Of a stretch of 47,343 nucleotides of DNA, positions 41,270 to 47,343 are shown in pieces; within the stretch, counting starts at the first letter, position 1; each line of letters starts with the position of its first letter. Under the pieces are notes generated by a model. The model was not told the DNA's origin, did not search any database, and saw nothing but the letters and a program-made list of their open reading frames with translations. A program made the translations under genes and the position numbers. The DNA lies in NCBI GenBank assembly GCA_049274895.1, contig JBASTM010000014.1:1-47343 (forward strand), written 5' to 3'. Source of the DNA: Minisyncoccia bacterium. Its GTDB lineage: Bacteria > Patescibacteriota > Minisyncoccia > JACQLN01.

Positions 41270-41953
41270 ATGGAACCCCAAGACACAAATTCTCAATCAC
41301 CCAAGAGTTCACTCTCGGTGCCTTTATCAATTATGGTGGCCGGGTTGCTGGTGGCCGGCGCGGTTTGGTTTAGGGGCAGCGGCAATGTTGATACCACTGC
41401 CACTGTCGGCGGAGCTAAACCCATAAAAGTTGAATTGGGCAATTTGCCGCCTTTGGGCGAAGAAAAAGCCAAAGTGGCCATAGTGGAGTTCGGCGATTAT
41501 CAGTGCCCGTTTTGCGGAAGATTTTTCCAACAGACTGAACCTATGATTCGCGAGCAGTATGTAAAAACCGGCCAGGTTAAATTTATTTGGCGCGATTTTG
41601 CCTTCTTGGGCCCGGAATCTTTTTGGGCGGCCGAGGCGGCCCGCTGCGCCAACGATCAGGGTAAGTTTTGGCAGTACCACGATGTTTTATTTAACCGCCA
41701 AAACGGCGAGAACCAAGGCGCTTTTAGCAAAGATAATTTGAAAAAATTTGCCGGTGAGTTGGGTTTGGATCAAACAGCTTTTGATGCTTGTTTGGACAGC
41801 GGCCAACATACCCAGGCCGTCAAAGATGATACCGACAACGGCAGGTTGGCGGGCGTTTCCGGCACGCCGGCTACGTTTGTTAACGGTCAAATAGTAGAAG
41901 GCGCCCAGCCGTTTGAAGTTTTCAAAAATTTAATTGAGAGTCATCTAAAATAA
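41270..41953 (+). CDS. DsbA-family thiol:disulfide oxidoreductase, membrane-anchored
   Basis: 227 aa. EFGDYQCPFCGRF (CPFC active site), and GVSGTPATFVNG (cis-Pro loop). Confidence 0.85.
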   Translation: MEPQDTNSQSPKSSLSVPLSIMVAGLLVAGAVWFRGSGNVDTTATVGGAKPIKVELGNLPPLGEEKAKVAIVEFGDYQCPFCGRFFQQTEPMIREQYVKTGQVKFIWRDFAFLGPESFWAAEAARCANDQGKFWQYHDVLFNRQNGENQGAFSKDNLKKFAGELGLDQTAFDACLDSGQHTQAVKDDTDNGRLAGVSGTPATFVNGQIVEGAQPFEVFKNLIESHLK

Positions 41954-41954
41954 A

Positions 41955-42575
41955 ATGGAAACAGATCAATACAATCAGCCGCCGGTTCAAGAATTAAACA
42001 AACACGAGCGCCGCGAGTTAAGACGGCAGGAGCAAGACCAGCAATTTGAGTCTTTGAATAGAAAAAGGAAAATAAAAAAAACCGCTGTCTGGCTGATCGC
42101 GATTGTTGTTTTATTGCTGATTGTTGGGGGGGCTTACCAGTGGACCAAGAGTTCGGAGGCCAACAGGCCCGGCGAGGCCATACCTGTTCAACCGGCCGAG
42201 CATATCCAGCCCGGCCAACCTCTGCCCGGCCTCTATCTTTCCAACCCGCCGGTTTCGGGCTGGCATTACGGCGAGACGGTGGAGTGGGGTATATATGATC
42301 AAGAACTGGTGGATCAGAACGTGATTCATAATTTGGAACACGGCGGTATTTGGATTACCTATAAACCCGATATTCCGGCGGAACTGGTGGAGAATCTCAA
42401 GCGTGTCGCGGGAGAATATAAAAGAAAAGTTGTTTTGTCGCCCCGCGCGGCCAACGATTCGCCCATTGCCCTGGCCGCCTGGGGGTGGCTGGATAAGTTT
42501 GACTATTTTGACGAAGCCCGCATAAAAAAATTCATCAAGGCCTACAAAGACAAAGGCCCCGAATTTGTGCCCTGA
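41955..42575 (+). CDS. DUF3105-like membrane-anchored protein
   Basis: 206 aa. TM plus NLEHGGIWITYKPD...ALAAWG pattern, remembered from the DUF3105 family. Often paired with DsbA. Confidence 0.55.
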   Translation: METDQYNQPPVQELNKHERRELRRQEQDQQFESLNRKRKIKKTAVWLIAIVVLLLIVGGAYQWTKSSEANRPGEAIPVQPAEHIQPGQPLPGLYLSNPPVSGWHYGETVEWGIYDQELVDQNVIHNLEHGGIWITYKPDIPAELVENLKRVAGEYKRKVVLSPRAANDSPIALAAWGWLDKFDYFDEARIKKFIKAYKDKGPEFVP

Positions 42576-42583
42576 TTCGGTAC

Positions 42584-42673
42584 GATGTTGAACATCGGAT
42601 GTTCAACATCAAGTGTCGAACATTGGATGTCTGACGGACATTGAGAAACGGCTCAACGTGTTGAGCCGTTTTA
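42584..42673 (+). repeat. Cluster of three palindromic hairpins (R3, degenerate R3, R4)
   Basis: GATGTTGAACATCGGATGTTCAACATC (42584-42610); GTCGAACATTGGATGTCTGAC (42615-42635); AAACGGCTCAACGTGTTGAGCCGTTT (42646-42671). Confidence 0.85.
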
Positions 42674-42713
42674 GGAAATAAAAATCCCCTCCGACGACGT
42701 TGCATCGGAGGGG
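42674..42713 (-). terminator. Intrinsic terminator of the tRNA-like transcription unit
   Basis: Minus strand reads CCCCTCCGA-N10-TCGGAGGGG followed by ATTTTTATTT. Confidence 0.75.
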
Positions 42714-42743
42714 TGTAAGGCCCAGCGGCGGGCCTTGTTTAAC

Positions 42744-42813
42744 GACCGGAAGATGTTCTCACGCCGTTGAATGGATCAAGCGCGCTTTTCCATTCAACCC
42801 ACTCTTCCGGTCA
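42744..42813 (-). ncRNA. Unclassified structured RNA immediately 3' of the tRNA-like gene
   Basis: Perfect 10-bp outer stem GACCGGAAGA/TCTTCCGGTC enclosing a perfect 10-bp inner stem GTTGAATGGA/TCCATTCAAC. An extra hairpin at 42717-42736. Lies between the tRNA and the terminator. Confidence 0.45.
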
Positions 42814-42821
42814 TTGATATT

Positions 42822-42900
42822 GGAGCAGAGGATCGGATTCGAACCGATGACCTCTCCCGTTTTGGCCGGGAGCGCTCTACCTGGCTGAGCTACCTCCGCT
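42822..42900 (-). tRNA. tRNA-like gene with encoded CCA; Gly-like acceptor stem and U73 discriminator; non-canonical 19-nt anticodon arm; isotype unresolved
   Basis: rc = GCGGAGG TA GCTC AGCCAGGTA GAGC G CTCCCG GCCAAAA CGGGAG AGGTC ATCGG TTCGAAT CCGAT CCTCTGC T CCA. Canonical acceptor, D and T arms. The anticodon arm is 2 nt too long and lacks U33. Confidence 0.6.
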
Positions 42901-42922
42901 CCTGAAAGAACAGTAGAAACCA

Positions 42923-42951
42923 TCCTAAACCATAGCTGTTTCTATGTCAAT
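42923..42951 (-). promoter_or_regulatory. Promoter TTGACA-17-TAGGAT for the tRNA-like unit
   Basis: Minus strand: TTGACA (rc of 42946-42951), 17-nt spacer, TAGGAT (rc of 42923-42928). About 22 nt upstream of the tRNA 5' end. Confidence 0.65.
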
Positions 42952-43044
42952 CACGCCTTGAGGCGACCGTAAGAGCGGGGTCAGATCACGGCTGTTGTTT
43001 GGTTTTTTTCTGTGTTATGATTTTTTGGTATCCACTTTTCCAAA

Positions 43045-45333
43045 ATGGCCTCTTTTAACGATAAAGATTTTTCAAGTAGAGATAGGTCGGATAAAAAAAT
43101 ACCCCGAAAACCAAAGAAACCAGCTGGTTGGTTTCATTTGGAATCCGGGGTCAAGCGGAGCGTGGTGGGGATTATTCTTTTGGCGGTGGCCGTGGTCACC
43201 ACTTTGTCTTTCTTTGGCTTGTCCGGGTCGTTTTCCCAAACCGTGACCGACGGCGCCCGCTATCTATTTGGTTCGGGCAGTTTTTTTGTGCCATTAACAT
43301 TGTTTTTAATGGCTTTTTTTATTCTGGTTTCCGAAAAAAAGAAAATTTTGGGCTCAACCATAGTCGGCGGGCTGTTGTTGATTTTAAGTTTTCTGGGAAT
43401 CGTTGAATTATTGTCTCACAGCCGCGCCGGCGGCGAGGTGGGCTACTATTTTAGCTGGCCTTTTTTGTATCTGTTTGGTTTCTGGGGTTCGTTGATATTT
43501 TTTTTGGCTTTCTTTTTTTCGGCCGTTTTGATTTCGTTCCGCATACCCCTTAAAGATCAAATAAGAGAAAAAATAACTTTTAAGCCCGATGAGACCGGCG
43601 AGCTGGTTCCCGAAAAAAAGCTGGTTTTGGAAAAGGGCTTGATGACCAAAATGGCCACGCTGGCCAATAAAACCAAACTGCCCGCCATAAAAAAATATGA
43701 GCCGCCCAAACCGGCCGGTGAAACGGTAACCATCAACGCTCCTCAAACTACTGTAACGTTACCGTCAGCCGAGCTCTCACGCAAAAAACAGGAAGGGGCG
43801 GCTGGATTCAATGTTCTGCCTCTGGCTGGCGGCTACAAGTTTCCGCCTTTGGATCTACTGGAAGACGAAGGCGCTATGCCGGTCACAGGCGACATTAAAG
43901 CCAATGCCGTTATCATTCAAAAAACTCTGGAAAACTTCGGCATACCGGTGGAGATGTCCGAGGTCAACATCGGCCCGGCCGTAACCCAATTTACCTTAAA
44001 GCCGGCTATGGGCGTGAAACTGGCCAAAATAACGGCTCTGCAAAATGATCTCTCTTTGGCTTTGGCGGTGCACCCCATCAGAATAGAAGCGCCCATTCCC
44101 GGAAAATCTTTGGTGGGCATAGAAATTCCCAATCATAAATCCATGCTGGTTCGGTTAAAAGGCATGCTGCAGTCTTTTAATCAATCGGAGCAAAAAAGTT
44201 TTCTTAACATCGCTTTAGGCAAAGACGTTTCGGGGCGTCCTATTTGGTCCACTTTAACCCGTATGCCGCACCTGTTGATAGCCGGCGCCACCGGTTCGGG
44301 CAAAAGCGTGGCTATCAACGCCATGATCATCAATTTATTGTATCAACACTCGCCCGAAATCCTGCGTTTTATTATGGTGGATCCCAAACGGGTGGAACTG
44401 ACGCTCTACAACGGCATTCCCCATCTGTTAACGCCGGTGATTGTGGAGCCCAAAAAAGTGATTTCGGCTCTGCGCTGGTCGGTCTCGGAAATGGAACGCC
44501 GCTACAGCGTGCTTTCGGAAAAGGGTGTGAGAGACATTGCCGGCTACAATACTCAAGTCAACGCCAAGCAGGGCGAAGATCTGATGCCGTATTTGGTAAT
44601 AATAATTGATGAGCTGGCCGATTTAATGGCGGCTTACGGCCGGGAAATAGAAGGCGCGGTGGTGCGCTTGGCCCAGATGGCCCGGGCGGTCGGGATACAT
44701 TTGGTTTTGGCCACCCAGCGGCCCTCGGTGGAAGTTATTACCGGTTTAATTAAGGCCAACATTACCACGCGCCTGGCTTTCGCGGTGGCTTCGCAGATTG
44801 ATTCGCGCACTATTTTGGATTTTTCCGGAGCCGAAAAATTGTTGGGTTCGGGCGATATGCTTTTTGTCTCGGCCGAGTCCGGCAAGCCCCGTAGAATCCA
44901 AGGCACCTATGTTTCGGAAAAAGAAGTTAAAAAAGTGGTAGGTTTTGTAAAAGCCAACTTGCCCGAAGACGCGCCCGACGTTAACCCCGACGAGGCCTTG
45001 GGTTTGGAAAAAGCCGTGGCCGACGGCAGAACTTCTTTGTCCATGGACCTTGGTGGTGTGGATGGAAACGAAGCTATGGCAGACGAACTGTTGCCTCAAG
45101 CCAAAGAAGCGATTATGCAGGCCGGCAAGGCCTCGGCTTCTTTGCTCCAGCGCCGTTTAAGAGTGGGCTACGCCCGAGCCGCCAGATTGTTGGATATTCT
45201 GGAAGCCCAGGGCCTCGTTGGCCCGGGCGAGGGTGCCAAGCCCAGGGAGGTTTTGATAAGCTCGTCAGTTAACCGGAGATCAGATGATGAAAATGTTAGT
45301 ATGCCGTTAGATCAAAAACATCCGCCAGTTTAA
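43045..45333 (+). CDS. ftsK: DNA translocase FtsK/SpoIIIE
   Basis: 762 aa. N-terminal TMs, Walker A GATGSGKS, Walker B IIIDELADLM, C-terminal gamma wHTH (LLQRRLRVGYARAARLLD). Confidence 0.95.
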   Translation: MASFNDKDFSSRDRSDKKIPRKPKKPAGWFHLESGVKRSVVGIILLAVAVVTTLSFFGLSGSFSQTVTDGARYLFGSGSFFVPLTLFLMAFFILVSEKKKILGSTIVGGLLLILSFLGIVELLSHSRAGGEVGYYFSWPFLYLFGFWGSLIFFLAFFFSAVLISFRIPLKDQIREKITFKPDETGELVPEKKLVLEKGLMTKMATLANKTKLPAIKKYEPPKPAGETVTINAPQTTVTLPSAELSRKKQEGAAGFNVLPLAGGYKFPPLDLLEDEGAMPVTGDIKANAVIIQKTLENFGIPVEMSEVNIGPAVTQFTLKPAMGVKLAKITALQNDLSLALAVHPIRIEAPIPGKSLVGIEIPNHKSMLVRLKGMLQSFNQSEQKSFLNIALGKDVSGRPIWSTLTRMPHLLIAGATGSGKSVAINAMIINLLYQHSPEILRFIMVDPKRVELTLYNGIPHLLTPVIVEPKKVISALRWSVSEMERRYSVLSEKGVRDIAGYNTQVNAKQGEDLMPYLVIIIDELADLMAAYGREIEGAVVRLAQMARAVGIHLVLATQRPSVEVITGLIKANITTRLAFAVASQIDSRTILDFSGAEKLLGSGDMLFVSAESGKPRRIQGTYVSEKEVKKVVGFVKANLPEDAPDVNPDEALGLEKAVADGRTSLSMDLGGVDGNEAMADELLPQAKEAIMQAGKASASLLQRRLRVGYARAARLLDILEAQGLVGPGEGAKPREVLISSSVNRRSDDENVSMPLDQKHPPV

Positions 45334-45463
45334 CGTCGAGCGGTGACGAAATCCGTATCGTTGAAGGTCAGACGTAACCGATTGACGATACAGGCCTCGT
45401 AACCTTTGGACACTCTACGGTCTGCGATTTGTAATTTAGTGCTTGGGGTTTTATAGTGTGGGT

Positions 45464-46123
45464 ATGCCTATTGCCCAAACCAAAGACAATCTTAAGCTCA
45501 ACGACTTTTTGGTGGAAAGAAGGAAGTTTATGCGCTTGCGCTTCGGTGATTTGTCGGCCCGGACGGGTATTCCGGCCAAGCACTTAAAAAAAATTGAAAA
45601 AGGCGAGTGGTGCGATCTGCCTTCGGGGGTATATGTTAAAGGTTTTTTAAAAAAATACGCCCAGATAGTGGGTCTGGATGAAGCCGAGGTGGCGGCTAGG
45701 TACGAAACCGAATGGAATCAAATCTGTGCCTTGCCGGTTTCAGCTGGCCGCGGTCAGAATTTAAGCGAGTTAAGTTTTCTAAAAGACATATCCCTTAGAA
45801 AGTTTTCCGCCGTGGCGGCCGTTATTTTGGTGGCTGGCTATATGGCCTGGCAGTTTAGGGTGATTTTAGAACGTCCCGACTTGAATCTGGATAATCCTCC
45901 CACGGAAGATATTGTCAGCACGGCGGCGGTTTTGGAACTGGCCGGTCGGGTTTCGTCGGGCGCTGTTTTAACGGTCAACAACGATCCGGTTTACCCCGAA
46001 GAGAGCGGTGATTTCAAAAAAAGCGTAGAATTGCTGGTGGGCCTCAATGTTTTAGAGATTAAAGCCGTAAGCCGTTTCGGCAAGGAATCAAAAATTATAA
46101 GAAGAGTAACTTTTAATCCTTAA
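45464..46123 (+). CDS. RodZ-like HTH membrane protein
   Basis: Internal ATG at 45464. HTH (LSARTGIPAKHLKKIEKGE), the signature VYVKGFLKKYAQIVGLD, one TM, and a C-terminal beta-rich domain. Confidence 0.6.
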   Translation: MPIAQTKDNLKLNDFLVERRKFMRLRFGDLSARTGIPAKHLKKIEKGEWCDLPSGVYVKGFLKKYAQIVGLDEAEVAARYETEWNQICALPVSAGRGQNLSELSFLKDISLRKFSAVAAVILVAGYMAWQFRVILERPDLNLDNPPTEDIVSTAAVLELAGRVSSGAVLTVNNDPVYPEESGDFKKSVELLVGLNVLEIKAVSRFGKESKIIRRVTFNP

Positions 46124-46125
46124 AC

Positions 46126-46194
46126 GCGACACCAATACGCGAATGCGCCCGAATGACGCGAATAAAATCAATTCGTAAATTCGTGTGTCATTAG
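46126..46194 (+). repeat. R1 repeat copy 5, upstream of recA
   Basis: GCGACACCAATACGCGAATGCGCCCGAATGACGCGAATAAA plus the hairpin partner ATTCGTGTGTCATT. Confidence 0.8.
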
Positions 46195-46215
46195 TAATTA
46201 GTGTCGCTGGTAATC

Positions 46216-47238
46216 GTGGCTAAAAAAAATATAGAAGATAAATCTGATTTGGGAAATAAGGCGCTTCAGGAAACCGTCAAAGAAATCAAAGAGCGCTTCG
46301 GCGAGGGCTCTATTATGGTTTTGGGCCAGGCCCAAAAAGTGGACGTGGATGCCATACCCACCGGCGCCATTTCGCTGGATTTGGCTTTGGGCGTGGGCGG
46401 CATACCCAAAGGCCGGATTGTGGAAATCTACGGGCCGGAAAGTTCGGGTAAAACCACACTTACGTTGCACGTGGTGGCCGAAGCCCAGCGCCGCGGGGGC
46501 TTGGCCGCTTTTATTGACGCCGAACACGCTTTGGACCCCGACTACGCCAGAAAAATCGGTGTTAACATAGACAATCTTTTAATATCCCAACCCGATAACG
46601 GCGAGCAGGCCCTGGATATTATGGAGGCCTTGGTAAAATCCGGCCGGGTGGCCGTGATTGTAATTGATTCCGTGGCGGCTTTGACGCCCCAGGCCGAAAT
46701 AGAAGGCGAAATGGGCGATATGCAAATGGGCCTGCAGGCGCGTTTGATGTCTAAGGCCCTGCGCAAAGTTACCAACCTAGCGGCCAAAACAGGCACTACG
46801 GTTATCTTCACCAATCAAATCAGGATGAAACTGGGTATAATGTTCGGCAATCCCGAAACCACGCCCGGCGGCAACGCGCTTAAGTTTTTCTCTTCGGTGC
46901 GGATGGATATTCGCCGCATCGCCCAATTAAAAAACAAAGACGAAATTGTGGGCAACCGCGTGCGGGTGAAGGTGGTTAAAAATAAAGTGGCCGCACCCTT
47001 TAAGCAGGCCGAGTTTGACATTATGTACAACCAGGGCGTGGCCAGTTTAGCCGATGTTTTGCAGACCGGCGTGCGGCTGGGAGTTTTGGACAAATCGGGT
47101 TCGTGGTTTCAATACGGCGGCGAAAAAATCGGCCAGGGCACCGAGGCCTCGGTCGGTTATCTTAAAGCCAATCCCAAAGTCTTCGCCGACATCGTCAGCA
47201 CCATAAAAAAGAAAGCCGCCGAAGCGCAGGTGGTTTGA
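46216..47238 (+). CDS. recA: Recombinase RecA
   Basis: GTG at 46216 gives (M)AKKNIEDK..., a typical RecA N-terminus; the track ORF starts at GTG 46201. Walker A GPESSGKT, then [17 protein letters not shown]. Confidence 0.93.
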   Translation: MAKKNIEDKSDLGNKALQETVKEIKERFGEGSIMVLGQAQKVDVDAIPTGAISLDLALGVGGIPKGRIVEIYGPESSGKTTLTLHVVAEAQRRGGLAAFIDAEHALDPDYARKIGVNIDNLLISQPDNGEQALDIMEALVKSGRVAVIVIDSVAALTPQAEIEGEMGDMQMGLQARLMSKALRKVTNLAAKTGTTVIFTNQIRMKLGIMFGNPETTPGGNALKFFSSVRMDIRRIAQLKNKDEIVGNRVRVKVVKNKVAAPFKQAEFDIMYNQGVASLADVLQTGVRLGVLDKSGSWFQYGGEKIGQGTEASVGYLKANPKVFADIVSTIKKKAAEAQVV

Positions 47239-47319
47239 TTGAAGTCTCACTTCAATCAGTGACAGAAACGGCTCAACGGCGTTGAGCCGTTAAAAATGTC
47301 AAACATCGGATGTTTGACA
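47236..47319 (+). repeat. Three consecutive palindromic hairpins after recA (R5, R4, R3)
   Basis: TGATTGAAGTCTCACTTCAATCA (47236-47258, includes the stop codon); AAACGGCTCAACGGCGTTGAGCCGTT (47266-47291); TGTCAAACATCGGATGTTTGACA (47297-47319). Confidence 0.85.
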
Positions 47320-47343
47320 GAGGTTCATAATAAAACAACCGGA

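Noticed and set aside
42700-42888. 62-aa plus-strand ORF.
   Set aside because: It overlaps the antisense of the tRNA-like gene and its structured trailer. It has no SD and no recognisable protein features.
13271-47319. Whether the recurring palindromic repeats constitute a CRISPR array.
   Set aside because: The copies are scattered over tens of kb, sit next to stop codons, belong to several different families, and are not separated by uniform 25-40-nt spacers. There are no cas genes apart from a Cas2-fold-like domain protein.

Overview
The window reads as a mostly plus-strand chromosomal segment from a small-genome bacterium. I infer a CPR/Patescibacteria-like organism from gene content and repeat style; I have not confirmed this.

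Recognisable content, in order:
- Prepilin peptidase followed by four pilin-like genes.
- ligA, then a Phd/RelE-type toxin-antitoxin pair, then gatC-gatA.
- secD and secF, separated by 252 nt.
- A sigma-region-4/HARE-HTH protein.
- A three-gene module: protease lipoprotein, membrane protein, and a coupling-protein-like ATPase.
- mnmA, a PaaX/Cas2-fold-like protein, and a short alaS.
- The infA-rpmJ-rpsM-rpsK-rpsD-rpoA-rplQ and rplM-rpsI ribosomal block.
- Two mreB paralogs, mreC and a RodZ-like gene, plus holB-like, frr, rseP and proS.
- A DsbA/DUF3105 pair, one tRNA-like gene on the minus strand, ftsK and recA.

Observations that stand out:
1. A sharply bounded GC-rich ORF of unknown function at 8540-9496. 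It has foreign-looking codon usage, an exact consensus promoter and a strong terminator, and it sits next to a TM + HEPN-like protein.
2. A tRNA-like gene with a non-canonical anticodon arm, co-transcribed with a structured trailer RNA.
3. Several families of short palindromic or structured repeats. They fill almost every intergenic gap, and some run into coding sequence (pilin leader peptides, the gatC tail, mnmA).
4. A recurring arrangement of a -10 hexamer 6-8 nt upstream of the ATG, which suggests leaderless mRNAs.

I saw no rRNA, CRISPR array or transposase. All coordinates for hairpins and motifs were derived by hand and may be off by 1-2 nt. Protein family calls rest on motif recognition only.
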